DNA of 64,000 nucleotides from Calcarisporiella thermophila CBS 279.70 (taxonomy: Eukaryota; Fungi; Calcarisporiellomycota), in NCBI RefSeq assembly GCF_041956535.1, contig NW_027192220.1:241922-305921 (forward strand), written 5' to 3'. A program made the position numbers and the translations under genes. Position 1 is the first letter of the stretch. Each line of letters opens with the position of its first letter. Positions 50,001 to 63,893 of the stretch are shown here, piece after piece. The notes below the pieces were generated by a model that was given only the letters and a program-made list of their open reading frames with translations, was not told where the DNA came from and did not search any database.

Positions 50001-51686
50001 GGACAACGAGTACAGTGGATCGATTGTGCTAGATGGGGAGGCGAAGGTGAAAATGGAAAGAATGAGAGCGGTGTGGTGGCTGATTTAGGGGTTGAAAAGG
50101 GGATGGTCAAAGTGCTCGAGGGGATAGTGATGCCCAAGCATGGGCAGCACTTAAAAGTGAGCATTTTTTTTCCTGCTCTTTTGAGCGTATCTCGAGCGTG
50201 TACTCTCTTGATGCTAATTCACATTGCCTGCTAGATCCATGAGGCTATACTCACCTTACCGGGCCAACATTTCTCGCTACACCTTCACTTTCCGCTTGAT
50301 ATCTCTAGCCCCAGTGCTGTTCCTCCCGTCAATTCACGACACAGATGGCTTACTATGGCCACGGGTAAGCCGTCATGGCGCTTTGTCGATGAAATCAACC
50401 CCATTTTACGAGTCCAGCGGCGCGAGCCAAGGGTGTCCATCCACGTCCAGCATATTTCACCGGCCCTGCTTGGTGAATGGTATCCCCTCGATATAGAGGT
50501 TAGAAATGCCGAGGAATATGCAATACAAGGAGACTTCGAAGTGGAGGTCAGGACCATCGAGGTCGAAGAATGCCGAGATGCGGTCGCACTGGAGCCAACA
50601 CTCGAATTAACGCCAGGAGAGGAAAAAAGTAGACTGGAGGGGGTGGAGATGGAGGCTTTAGCGGGAGAGACACTTGTGAAGAGGGTGTTCGTCCGTGCCC
50701 AAACTGGAGAATTCCCTCGCGTGTTGGAGGTAAAAGCGCGGTATTGGCCCAAGGATTCCCAACAGGATGACAATGCTGTCAGTGAAGCGACTCGGACGGA
50801 GCGCATTGCGTTTGTCACGGGACTTGAGCCCAGCTTTGAGATGGTGGCCCAGCTGCCCTCGTTGCAGCAAATCGAGCAGGCTGAGGGTGGAATGGGCCTT
50901 CGTACAGAGAACGTGTTGCTCTGGGCGCGTGTACTAAACCGAGGGCCCTGGCCCGTGGAGGTCAAGAAAGTCGAGCTGAGGCTGAAGGAGCAGAAGGGAA
51001 AGGACCCGTCTGGGGTGAACGCAGAGCTCATCTCCATGGTCGGCATGGAGAGCGAGCGGGAGGATGACGTCAAGATATGGAAGCCAAACGGCGTGTTCGG
51101 GTGGAGCTATCTTCTGAAAGTGCGGCAAGAAGCGACCACCTCTCCTACCCCGAGGGTAAGCATTGGGCCTATAGCGATCATTTGGCGCCGGAGAAGGAGC
51201 GAGGATTCCACCGCTAGGGATGACAGCGGATTCTCGACCTCGTTCATAGAGCTGCCCGAATGGGAGCTCCCCCCGCCCGCTCTGACGATGCTTACTTCTA
51301 CCCCGGCCCACGCACAAGTGGGGGTTCCATTTTCGCTTCGATGCACCCTGAACAACCCCACCCCGCAGCTCCATGAGCTCTCGATCACCGTGGAGGGCTC
51401 GGAAGCGTTTGTTTTCTCTGGATATAAGCAGCGTCAAATGAGGATTATGCCTTTTTCTACCCAGTCTATCTGGCTGACATGCTACCCGCTTGTGCCGGGG
51501 CGAGTGCGCTTGCCTCGCGTGGTGGCGGTGACCAAACGGGGAGGTGAGGAGAAGGAGGTACCGGGCATTGGCCCATTAGTTGATGTGCAAGTGCCCCTTC
51601 CGGCCGGGAGCGATGCGGAGAAGGGAGAAAGAGTTCAGACTGCAAGTTGGCCGATGATATTTGTTATGCCGCGAAAGGCTCACTAA
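47087..51686 (+). CDS. TRAPPC11: TRAPP III subunit 11 (Foie gras / Gryzun domains), multi-exon
   Basis: MDTYPLEY..HLLPLV, DGIMTPLWIRKH, YYREHGKRVRKKR, RYDIKSAVFSEFRQD, RWAEARLLAD and C-terminal SEAFVFSGYKQ..CYPLVPGRVRLP. Confidence 0.9.
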
Positions 51687-54028
51687 CCTGTCCCTCTCCT
51701 TCCCTCTCCCCCTTCCTTCCCTCTCCCAGAGAAAATCCTCGCTCCTCTCCCCGCCTCTCTAATTTCCCTCCCCCTGCCTCCCCTTCGCTATACACACACC
51801 CACATCCACATACAAATACATATATTTATATTTTAAACCAATTGGCAAATAATGCTTGGGAATGAAAGTACACAGCCTCGATCCTAAGATGTTGGTGCTC
51901 TGTGGAGGCCAGCATGGAAAGGGGGTGCCGCAATAGAAATTTATCACCTCCAATCAAGCGAGGGGAGATGGATGGTTTATTGGGTAGGAAGAACATAGCA
52001 AATAGAATATTATACAGATGAGGAGTGGGAGACATAATCATACATTGAGGAATGGGGATTAAGAACACAGCAATGGGAAAGCACACATAGGACCATGGAG
52101 GCCTCCGGTTCGTTGCGGGGACTCAGGGCAGTTTGGATACGGCGCAGGGGGTGTAGCTCGAGTGCCGCTTACCGCACCTAGTGCAGAAACGCTCTGGTGA
52201 CACCTTGCGCGTTGACAGGCGAGCTGCTGTTGAAGACATTTTTCGTAGGGACGGCGTGGAGGGGGAGGGCTGGAGATAGCTAAAGGGGGCGGGCAAGAGC
52301 AAAAGGGAGGCGAGGTGTGTTGAGACTCGTCAGAAGAGGGCGACTCTCGATGAGGAGTCGACTCGCATGCATCGAGCGGGCAAATATATACCGGCCGATG
52401 GTTAGGGGGGAAAAAAAGCACGTTGCATAACACACCTTATGCCCTAGCCCATGCACTCAACACAGGTTTTTCATTTCTCGCGTCGCTGCGAGCTGCATGC
52501 CACTGCTGCCCCAAATAAACTCGTACCGGGTCCACGCCTATGGTTCGCAGTGCCACAGAGCACGGCACCATTCGAAGGCTCGCGTTATTTTTCCGAGAAA
52601 ATCCGAATGCAAGCACTCAAGGAACATTTCCCGCCGAGGAGCTTGTTATTCCAGGTCGGGATGCTGCTGGCGTCTCGACTCCAGGGTGCTAGCGAGGGCG
52701 ATAAATGGTGCCTTGTTGCCGCCGCAGCCATGCCCATGCCCCCTCCCTCACTGCCTGCTGTCATGGTCTCTCGACGAGGCTTTTTCTATGTGCATGAATA
52801 GAATGCTTCGATGGCGGCTGGTTACGCAATCCTTCTCTGCTGGAGTCGCCCTTCTGCTTTTTCACCAGCGTCCCTATTTAGGCCGTGAAGACAAGCCCTG
52901 CGCCGGCTTTCCATGGCTAAATTGAGCAAGGCCCCGATGCCCCCCCCCCCCCTTCGCTGCCCCTCCACTTTGTTTTCCTCGCCCCTTATTCATTTGTTCG
53001 AGCAGAAACTGGACCAGAAAACGCCTCCGTCCAATTTCGTTAAAAAGCTCTTCAATCTAGAACGGACGACCCATGGACGACAGCAGGATCGAGCTATTGA
53101 CTGAATAGCATTCCGGTGTGCAGAATAACCTAACCCTTCAGCCCCGATACTGAAGAGAGACGTCTTTGCGATTCGGCGCGAAGAAGTTCCAGTGGATGAT
53201 GCGGGTGAAGGGGACTAGACCTGTCACCGGATCCGCTCTCGCGTGCAGGACGCGAGTAGTGGAGAAGTGGACACTTATGCGCTTTACAGTCGCCTCAAGC
53301 TTCCAAGCTGCGCCTTAGAACCTGCCGGAGTCCAAAGCCAAGTAGGCTGCGAGGGGATTGGGTAAGCGGCTCAGGTAGTCAGCAATTTGCATCCCAATGG
53401 ACAATTGACGTAATCTCTTTTCAAACGATTCCAAATTCTGTCATATTAAAAGGGTTTCGCCCTGAAATCCCTCTTAGAGTTAGGATTTGGCATGAAATAC
53501 ATTAATTGTCCAACCCAGAGGTCCCCCCTCCCTCTCTAAGCACAAGAAGGACAAGATTCGAGGTGCCGCGGGCGTTTCTGTAATGGACTCGACCCACGCG
53601 CGAGGCCGTTAATGGCAACGATGACTTGCAAAGGGATCCTGTTCGACCGCCCTCCCTCCGCGCTCATTTGTCCATCCAGACTTGGTGAGGATAGCGTCGG
53701 TCGTCAGGGCCGATTCTAGAGACAGCCGGGAGCATTGAAATTTCTCGGCGCATAGAGTCACATGTGCGCTGAGATTTTCCAGTTCGTGGCCCAAGATTGC
53801 GTGTAAATCCCATCTATACTTTTTTATCAAGCGCACTTTCCCGTAGCAGCTAAACGGTTGAGACGATTCGGACTTGCCCTAATCAAGCGCCGTCTTATTC
53901 ACTCTCCCCATTTTACTCTTTGCTCTTCCATTTTATCCATTCCGTTTACACGACCTTTTCCCCCCTCTTTTACCCTCTTTCTCTCTGACTTGTATTCATT
54001 TGATTTCTAATATCAAAATTGAATTCCA

Positions 54029-56073
54029 ATGCATGGCTTACAAGATTCCCAGCCTAGCAAAGGCGAGCCAATTCTACCCTTCCCCTCTCCTCCTATTGAT
54101 AGTGAGACGTGCCACCGTATCACACTAAGCAGTGTGGACAGTCTTCCTCCTCCACTCTCTCTCCGGACCTCTGACACATCCCTAGCATCCTCCACAGTAT
54201 CCGCCACCATCTCTATTGTTATTCCCTCTTCCATTACTTCGGTCCACCTTAGAGATCCACTCGCCACTAGCATAGTTTTTGCTGAGGACTGGTTGGACAA
54301 TCCACCGCTGTCTCCTTCGATCTTAACGGCCGATCCATTTTTCAACGATTACCAGGATGAGGAAAAACTGCCAAAAGGGCTCAACAAAGAGGAAGAGAGG
54401 GAAAATGAGGAGAAGAAGAAGGAGAAGGAGGAGGAAGAGGAAATAGACGTGTGCAAGTCTGTGAGAGCAGCGTATGAAAACGCGGAAAAAGTAAAGGATA
54501 TGGCAATGCCCGATGTTGATCGGTAAGCACTTATATACGCGTGTCTTAATACGCGTATCGTATACGGGGTTATGCAGCTTGGTTAACCATTTCTCTCCCT
54601 TTTTTAGTTATGGGTTTTTGAAAACAGGCGATACTCCAAACACGGACGAGAGGTTTGTTTTTTTTATTGTGCATCTTGATTTTTCTCCTATTCATTTTTT
54701 TTTGTATCTGTCTAGTGATACGAGGGTAAAAGAGAAAGAGATTAGACGAACTATGAAATGGAATCAGATGGTTGAATATAAGCTTCGTGAGGAGGGCCAA
54801 ATTCACCTTTTTAAGCTGACACCCAAAGTAGATATGAACCATATCCCCAGATACTTATTGCTTTATCTCATGAGTCTATTTTGCAGTTCGCTTCCCGAGT
54901 CTTCAAGGGAATTCCAGATTGCTGGCGAGGCGAGGCTTGGTACTACATGTTGGTGCGGACGGACACTCCTTCGCCGGAGGAGAAAACCTTGTTTGGTACT
55001 TACCATGTATGATGAAGTTGTTTTCTGCCTGCTACCCGTCGCCCACTTACCAAGCGGCTTCTCAACTCCACTTAGGTTCTCTTAAATCTGCCCTCCTCCC
55101 ATGAAAGTCTGATCGACGCCGATATTCGGATAGCTCGTAACACAATGCATCGGCATTCAATGTTTCTACCTCGCTATGGGCCTGGGTAAGTTTTGGCCAT
55201 ATTCCCGATCCAAATGACCATTGATCTTATTGTACTCCTCCTGTGCAACAGCCAGCGCCATCTCTTCAACGTTCTTCGCGCCTTCTCCAACTACGACATC
55301 GAAGTCGGCTTCTGCCAGGGGATGACGCCGATTGCGGCTATGCTGCTGCTCTACTATGTAGAGGAGCGTGCCTTTGCGATGATGACCCACCTATTTCACC
55401 GATACAATCTCCATTCCATGTTCGTCCCTGGTTTTCCTTTGCTAATAGAGAGCTTTTACATCCAAGAGGGCCTGTTACGTCGTTACGCGCCAAAGGTCGC
55501 CAAGCGATTGGTAATCATTCCTCGCTTTACTTCCACTGACCATAGAGAGTGCTAATGCTTATTCGGTTGGATACCTTCAGAATGGATTCAAGATTACCAG
55601 CAGTGCCTATGCAACCCGCTGGTTTATCACCCTTTTCACGGGGGATGTAGTCCCGCACTCAACGCTACTTCGCATCTGGGATGTGCTCATGCTTCAGGGC
55701 TTTGATATACTCTATTTCGTCGCGGTCGGGCTACTTAAGATGCATCAAGGTAAGTCTTAGCTATACACTCTAAGTTTCCAATGCAAGAGAGCATAGACCC
55801 TGCTTCTCTTCTCCCTTCCCTTCCTTTTTTAACCTTTATTTTTAACCTACCTCGATTCATTGTCCAGCGAGAATAATGCGGCTGGATTTCCAGAATATCT
55901 TGGAATTCCTGGGGTCTTGTATACCCGTTGCTGACGATGATAAGCTCATGGAGTGGGTAGGTAACCATTGGACTCCGAAAACACAAAAGGAAGTGCAACG
56001 GTTAAGAGAAAGCTTCCGGGAGGAAATACTCGCGGTCAGGAGGAGAAGCAGGGACACTTCAAACAGTGCGTAG
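54029..56073 (+). CDS. TBC-domain Rab GTPase-activating protein (TBC1D10/USP6NL-like)
   Basis: DR|YGF, RVFKGIPDCWRGEAW, QRHLFNVLRAFSNYDIEVGFCQGM, YATRWFITLF and LRIWD. The R-finger motif is atypical. Confidence 0.9.
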
Positions 56074-56602
56074 AGCCCTTCCTGGTCCTCGTAACACTGG
56101 CACATGTATCTCAGGGACATGCAAGTGAAGGCTATACACCTCGCCATACCCAATTTCATACGAAAGCTCTATTTTATTATATCTGGATGTTTATTCGTTG
56201 CCCTGATTTGAACGCTATTTTTTTTTTTTTTTTACAATTTGTATTTACATTTAAATTCAAAGAACAATGATACGATTTCATGATGGGAATTATCAGGGGA
56301 AAATGATGGAAGTGTAGCGTGTACTTTTTTATTTTTGAAGCAATATATTTATTGATATTTTCCGTTCGATCATAAAACTAGAGTGGAAAACGAGGGGGAG
56401 GGGCGTGGGCATAAGGATTTGGTGGTAATGCAGAGCAAAAAAAAATCGAGGAACAAAGGGTTGGGAGCAAGACATCAGAGAGTAAGTAGGAATAAAGTAA
56501 GTTGCGAAAGAATATGTATACACCGAAGAAGCAAATAAATAAAAGTGTTCTCCATTAGAGGGGGGGGTGCGTGAAGCATTAGAAGAAAATTAAATGTATT
56601 GT

Positions 56603-58172
56603 CTACATAACCAATGAGTTTGCCAGTCCCCTCTCGCCCATCAGTCCGGGAGCAACCGCAGTGGGTGGGACATCCTCGGGATCCAAGCTGGTGATGGGCG
56701 CCGAGCGCATAGTCGAAGCTGGCGGGTGTCTACTGGATGGATTGGAAAGGGCAATCGCTTTTGGGTCGGAGGCATTTGTGAGTCCGGGAAGTGAAGGAGC
56801 CTTCTCCACCAAGTTATATATCGAATCCGAATAGGTGAGCTCGCGGCCTCGACCGATCACCGCTGTGCGTGCCCTCTCTACAAGTCTTCTCGTCGTGGGG
56901 CTAATTTCTCTCCCATAATTTTTCCGCTCACACACCAAATCCTCCAGCAGTATCAGCACCTGCTCTCGCTTGTCGCCGGCCTCCTGTAGCTGTGTGTTAG
57001 AGAAGAGCGGGCCAAGCACACGCAGATAGGTGTGAAAGAGAAGCTCTGCATTTGCTGGAAGATCGTAGACCTCGCGCACAATCACCTCTACAAGGACGCG
57101 AAGATCGTTGGTGTAGAACAAGTCACACGTTTCGGGGGTGTTGAAGATCAGATACAGCAGTTTGAGAATCAACATTTGGAGACAGTGATCCTCTCGCGCG
57201 GCCCGATTCAGCAAGAATACAATGCTCTCACCGAAGGTTCGATACCTTCCCACATCTTGGGCCAGAACGTCAATGACTCCGTTGTCCTCCTCGCTGTCGG
57301 GCGAACAGGATTGGAGAACCATGAACTGCTCGTTGAAAGCTAGCAAGAGTTTTGTGGTGGCATAGTTGAGATCCTCGGTTGCATCTTCGCGTGTGTGCTC
57401 AATGAGATCAAGCAGGTATGCGATCATGCGCGCGTCGATCGTTTCTAAAAGGATGCAGTTTATCCAGATTAATACGTTAAATGGGACGAGACGTTGCAAG
57501 CCTAACCCACCCATTTCTGTACGCCCCAGGCGCTGAATTCGGCACATCTCATACATCAACTCTATAGCTAATCTCTGCATTCTTGGGCCATGCATCCCCA
57601 TCACTTGCTGTCTTAATTTTCCAAATAATCCCAACGGCCTTGTCCACTTTAATACATGTGAATCTTCTCGGCTTCCCAAGAGGAGGATATGGTACAAGAT
57701 CCAAATTTCGTTTGTATCATCGCTCTATACCATAAGAAATGAGTAAAATGAAGTATGCCAGATATATAGGAAAATGAAGATTACCTCGATCGCTCTCAAT
57801 CCAAAGTATTTAATGGCCTCCGCCTTCTTCTGCTCACATAAAGGGGAATCTAAAATTCTATAACAGCATTTTACAAGCTCCTGTTGCGAGCTCAAAAATG
57901 CCTCTAACCATTGTTCATCTATGCGATTAGATACAATTGCCACAGACTCTAACAAACGCCATCAGAGTACCTTGATATACTGTGATGAAGTTTATTAAAT
58001 TGTCAACGGATGCAGCGATCGGCATCCCATGATTTGTAACATATAATTTATCATCGAGTTCTATAATGGTACGAAAATAGAGAGAGGAGTGGGCTGCTAG
58101 GTGGATGGGATGGATGGAGGAAAAGAGCAACTTACGATTATAAAAGTCATGGAGACTATTGGAGCCATCCAT
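56603..58172 (-). CDS. LDB17: Ldb17/Dip1/SPIN90-family Arp2/3 regulator (DUF2013)
   Basis: LLLAFNEQFM, TFGESIVFLLNR, LILKLLYLIF, LFYTNDLRVLVEVIVRE and HTYLRVL. Confidence 0.88.
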
Positions 58173-58695
58173 CTCCCAAAACTAGAGTACGAAATTAAGT
58201 TATTATGAGATAAGAAGGAAACAGAAGCTCCTCTGGTCCCTCAACGATATCGATCGAGATATTAAGGCGAAATAATAGGGCGCATAAAGCTTAAAAGAAA
58301 AGAGAAAAAAGAAATCCGAAAAAATAAATTTGGAACTGAAATCCGTCATAAATTTGGGTTTTCCAGACGTAGATCTTTCAATCTCTAACCCCCCTATCCC
58401 AAAAAAAGCGTCCCCCCCTTTTTTTCCCATTTCAACCCTTCTCTAAATAATAAATGACTTGAAACTGGGTAGCGGGATTCGGAAATCATAAGAATTTCGA
58501 TTAATTATTATTGAAAAATATAGTGTTAACAAGGTATATTTGCAAAAAAGGATATTCATTAAGATTAAAATGAAGATCATAGTAAATATATAGAAGAGTG
58601 TATGTAAATGGGCTGATTATTAGGAATAAAGATAGCGGAAAATAATAATTAGAGGGGGAAAAGATGCCTTATAAACAACTACATAATATTAGAAT

Positions 58696-61600
58696 CTAAT
58701 TCGTTTTCTCGGGTGAAGAGGGCGTGCTTTCGTCACTAATACTGCCCTCCTTGATCGGAGAGCTAGTGAGAGCTTTAAGGCGCTCTCGGAGCATACTCGC
58801 TGACTGCCCTGAAGGCGAACGGGGAATGGACGGATCAGTGGGTGAAAGCTAGCAGCAAAATGCATGAGCTGGTAAGTGGGGTTGTATTAGTAAATGGGCA
58901 CCGATACATACCAATCCGCCATACTGAGGGCTCTCCACGAACGACCATCGATTCGACACCTTGCGTGGACTTGTAATGTTTGGCGGCAGCGGTTGTTGCT
59001 GGCGTCGTAATATCTGGCGCGCAGGGGTGGTTGGTATTCCAAAAATGGTGTGGATCCTCTCCAAACGCTCCTTCTCCGACTCATCCTCCATCCCTCTAAG
59101 ATTTGCCATATCCACCGTTGAAAATTCATACATGGAGGCCCGCTTTCTAGGCCCAATATCCGTAAATGATCGGGCCGGCGTAGCGAACGCAGAGGGACTC
59201 AACGCTCCCGCTTTTTCTCGACTCTCTTCTGCCGCAATACTACCCATCAACCGACGGACCAGGGGGAGGAACCCGGGCTTTAAGTTGGACATCTCGCGCT
59301 GAACACTCGCCTCCATGTCTGGATGAGCGCGTTGGAAACGATAAAGGTCGCGAATCGCTTGGTGTATTTGTAGATGGGAATCCAAGCGACGGAAGATCGA
59401 CTTCAGTTCCTGCTCGAGGGGTTTGTCCTCACCCTCTCTCTGCTGTTCCGCGCTTGAGACCGAGGAGGGGGGATTGGAGAAGAGCTCCTCACTATGCGTT
59501 TCTTTGGGGAGGCTGGGGGATGGTTTTGAAGATAAGGAGAAGGATGGAGAAGGGGTAAACTCGGAGCGACCATGCGGTGTCAGAGGGGATGATGGAGTTT
59601 TCTTTGAGAGATGTCCTCTCTCCTCGGGCTGTTCAGGTAAATCAATATTGTCAGCAACCGACCCAACCAACTTGATGGTTGCCATCGACAATGGAGAGTG
59701 CGATCCCATCTTTTTTACTCTAGCAAGGGCCGCTTCTCCGGCCGCTGTTTCCTTTGCAATCCTCGCGACGTCAATGAAATGCAGCAAGTAAGGAAAAATG
59801 GCACTCTCATCGACAGGTTGCTCCAGCATTCCCAAATGATCCACCACTCGCTCTCCGAACCTTGCCACCAAATCCCTCAGCATCATTTTTAGCATATTTC
59901 TCGTCTGCCATCCACAATTATCCCCGCTTCTCTCATGGATGCCCCTACCTTTGCCTTCCACGTTTTCCCCCGAAGCGCACCAGCGGTTCCACATCTCACG
60001 CGGGATGGTCATCATAGCTGCATTGATATCTCTAAGTAGCTCATCCACTCGAACCATTTGCGTGGCGAGATATTCAGGAAGCATCCGGTAAAGTTTATGC
60101 AGGCATTTGAGGAGTAGAATTGTAATGAAGCGCTCCTTTGCGGGATCCAGGGCTTGTAGGTCAGTGGGATTGTACAGCCTTTTGCAACCGTCAATCACCA
60201 TAGAAATCAACACTCTAAAGAACAATAAAATCAGGAGATCGGCATCGAATAAAACGAATCACTTAGACCTTACCGAAACGACTTATTCTTGTTATTATTA
60301 AACACAATCCTTGCCATTCCTACATTTAGACCTTTCAACAGTTCGCCACAGTCCATCGAAGCACTCGTTTTCTGCTCCAGAACATAATATCTCTCTGCCA
60401 GTTCCACAAAAAGCTCCTTAAAAAGAGAGTCTGACAATGCCATCGCAACCTCGGACTTGGAGAATATTACTGCTATAGATCGGACTAGCCCCCTCGCTTG
60501 GCGGGTAACCAGAGGCCGGGAAGCCTCAAGCAAAGGAAATGTGGCACGAAGCTTGTTAATGAAAATATACACTATCGAGGAAATACGCAAGACAAATAGT
60601 GAGCTCGAAGAGATGTCCCGAAATAACTCTTCGAGGCGCTTCATTGCGCGAATACTCTCTAAACTATCCGCGCTGTTAACGTGCGCTAGAACATATTCAA
60701 TGTCGGAGCGCTGGGATTGCGATTGATTGGTGATCACCTGTGATTTCCTATCGTCGGGCGACCGTGTGATGCAGTTGGATGTGTGGGCAGATTCTTCCAA
60801 TAGGCCTTCCTCGTAGACACCCAATCCGATCCCTGTAGAGTATTTGGACGCGCCAGTTGAACTTGGATTAGCCATCAACTCGGAATGAGTCGGGGAAAAG
60901 GGAGAAGATAATGCATGAATATCGCTAGAGTGAGAAGCATCAATATTGGAATTCGGTGTTGGCCAACCCTCGTCCTCCAGGCCAGGCACCCCATGTTTTC
61001 TCTCCCAATCGCCATTCAGGAAATCGGAAGAAATGGGACTGACCTGAGAATCGGCGTGTCTGGATATCTGTAAACTGTTCTGAGAGGAAGGTGGAGGCGA
61101 AGCCAAATTGCCGTGCTCAGCTTGCGATGGCTTCGCAAGATTCTTTGGACCTTTCTCTAGCTTAGTTGGTGTATCATTAGATCCGGATAAAATTGCAGCG
61201 AACTCTGCGTCTGTGATAGTGTCTACCAAAGAGGAATGGGCTGGGGATACTGAGGGGTGAGAGGGCCGCAATGGCTTGCCCTTGAGCTTTTTTGTTGTGT
61301 CGGAAGAGGTTGCCTGAGTTTTATAATTTGAGAGATTAGTCAGGCAATAAAGGTAGTATTTCAGGAAAGAGATCACCTTAGCATATGGGGTAGTCGCTTC
61401 TCTATTCTCCTTTTTAGCGGTATTTGACGTTTCTGCGGCGGGTTTTGTACGCTACGCATCCCATTAATATTAAATTCAACGAACATTTCTCTCTCGATAC
61501 AAATGGATACTCACAACGACTGGTTTAGCTGGATTTTTCTTTGCAGCACTAACCGGGGCTGGCCCCCTTTTGACTTCCGTAAATTTAACCGCCACCTCGG

Positions 61601-63640
61601 CATTATCAAAAAATTCTTTCACTTTTCCTTCATGGACCTTGTCGACATTCTCCATATAGGGCGACATTGTTTTCTCACCGACTATCTTCATCAGAGTACC
61701 AAGGCCTTCAGCAGATGCTTCACGTACGGTTGGTTCGCGGTCTTTCAGAGTGGTAAGCATTAACTCAGAAAGCAATTTTATTTCGCCCTTTGCTGGAGGA
61801 GCCTTCGTGGATTTGAGCTGCCTGATAAGTAGCTTGACGGTTTCAGTTCGTACTTGAGGGTTTTTATGGGCAGCTCCAGTCGAAATATCTTCGATAATTT
61901 CTGAAAGCGAAGCCTAAGTTTGGAATACAGGTTGAATGGGCCATAATGATGATGGTTGACTACCAGAAACACTCACCGAATTGAATACAGCAGTGAGCGC
62001 ATTGATCAAAGCCTCCACCACCGATTGCTTTCTTTCTTTTAATCGGTTTATCATAGGTAGGATCACCTAGCGTAAATTTGACTGAATTAGCTACTCATCA
62101 AAGCAAGGGGCGGGCAAGAGCTTGGATATTGTACCGTCTGCTTATATTTGGAAAAATTGGCCCGTAGTCCTAGTGCAATGCATTCGATACAATTAGCAGC
62201 GATCGTTGTGACTAGGATATTAGCATCCGAGATTCTCTGCAAAAATGGTTAAATTATATTTTGGCAGATACCACCACTGATATCCAGCAATTACTTGTGC
62301 CAAGGCAGCTATGAGTTCGCTATAGTCATTGTCCGCAACTTTTGGTACTCTGCACACCCCTAATAATTCGTCTAGTGCTTCCTTACGCTCTTTCCATTTA
62401 GCATTTCCCTATTATGAAAAGGTAACCGATTATGGAATAGTCGATCGCATAAAGTATCGTATAAAATATACCAAGCGTTGATAAAATTCGTTAGGCAATT
62501 TGGCTAATAAGTTCACTGGGTCGGCCATGTCATATGGATCAATTTCCTCCTCATCCTGTTCTGTTCCTCCGGACTCATTTATACCTAAAAAAAATTGTTA
62601 AACAGGCTTAACACATTTACATCGTCAATATCCTTACCATTTTCTTGTTCAGATAGAAGCACCTTTTTCTGCTGTTGGGATCTTAACAGCCGCTCTGGTA
62701 TTGCTTTTTCAGATGGAAGCTGTTGAAATGCCTCCTGTAGCTCCTTCAACTGTACAGGTTTGAGGTCACTCAAATACACATTAATGGCTTCACCGAGATA
62801 TCTATATAACTCAATAGACAATTGCACAGTTTCTGCTCTGACATTCCTGTCACTGTGTGCAAACAACTTGGGGAGAACTTTAAGGATAGGCTTTACATCA
62901 ATAACTTTTGCTCCAAACTGACGAACAATTTTCTGTAATGCCATAACGGCTTGCGAGACAAGTTTAGGTTGTTTTGCTCCTAGAGCGGGCATGATTTCAG
63001 TCTAAGTGCAATAGTCAAATATGAGTAAAATGAAAAGGCATCATCAATTAGTGTAAAGCATATCTAATGACATACCAATACGGGGTCTGGAGTGTCGATT
63101 TCTATGTACCACAGTAACAGTTCTATTGCCTTACTCCTGGTGCCGGCTCTTGCTGAACCTAAGGCTTTCTCCACAACAGCCGGAAGAATAGTTGCCCGTG
63201 ACCTTAGAACAAGTGTTTTCGAAATTAAAATTAGCTTCTCCGATAAAGTTTGTAAATAAACATACCCAATGGCATTGGGAGCGTTTTCTACAAAACTAAT
63301 TAAAACGGTAAGGCCAGTTTCTTGCGCAACCACATTGTTGTCAAGCACTATGTTCTTCAGAAATGACTCATAGTGATAAAAGTCGCTACTAATAGAAGGA
63401 TCGGCCGTGCGAAAGATTTTATCCAACTCTTGATATGCTGAGACGCGTGCCTTCCAGTTCTAAAACAGCAAGTACTAGGATCAGCTTCACAATTAAAAAG
63501 AATTCAAAAAGATAATTTTTCGCAGGAGCAAATTGCATATCACACTCCATCCTCAAATGCATTCTCATAATTTGGTCATATACCTTATGTTGCAATCTGT
63601 CGATTATGGAGAGCGAAGAAAAGTCTTCCTGACTGGACAT
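58696..63640 (-). CDS. STU2: XMAP215/ch-TOG/Stu2-family microtubule polymerase with TOG1-TOG2 plus cryptic TOG6 and C-terminal domain
   Basis: TOG1 (WKARVSAY, DNNVVAQE, KQPKLV, SDRNVRAE, LKPVQLKEL) and TOG2 (KWKERKEAL, DANILV, HKNPQV, VREASAEGLG). These are followed by a TOG6-like region (LLKCLHKL, DELLRDI), ELKSIF..LYRF and terminal LRERLKAL. Confidence 0.92.
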
Positions 63641-63819
63641 CTAGTAAAAACAAAACTTAATACATGGGGGAATTAATCTAGGCAATATCCAAGTAGCTAC
63701 AGCATCTCCTTTCTCCCCACGTAAAAATGCCCTGCTTGTCACGAAAAATTTGTTTCAATTAACAACTAGGTTTCACTTTCATAAAAATGAATTGAACTGC
63801 GCCATGATTTAAAAAAGTA

Positions 63820-63893
63820 TGCTCGTGACAGGGATCGAACCTGTGACCTTGGCGTTATTAGCGCCACGCTATAACCAACTTAGCTACACGAGC
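63820..63893 (-). tRNA. tRNA-Ile(AAT)
   Basis: GCTCGTGTAGCTAAGTTGGTTATAGCGTGGCGCTAATAACGCCAAGGTCACAGGTTCGATCCCTGTCACGAGCA with a T6 terminator downstream. Confidence 0.96.

Noticed and set aside
50285-51437. Long antisense ORFs (262 aa, 167 aa) over TRAPPC11, and similar ones over GMC and STU2
   Set aside because: Shadow ORFs of GC-rich coding exons.
51826-53836. ORFs between TRAPPC11 and the TBC gene
   Set aside because: Low-complexity, with no homology cues or consistent exon chain.
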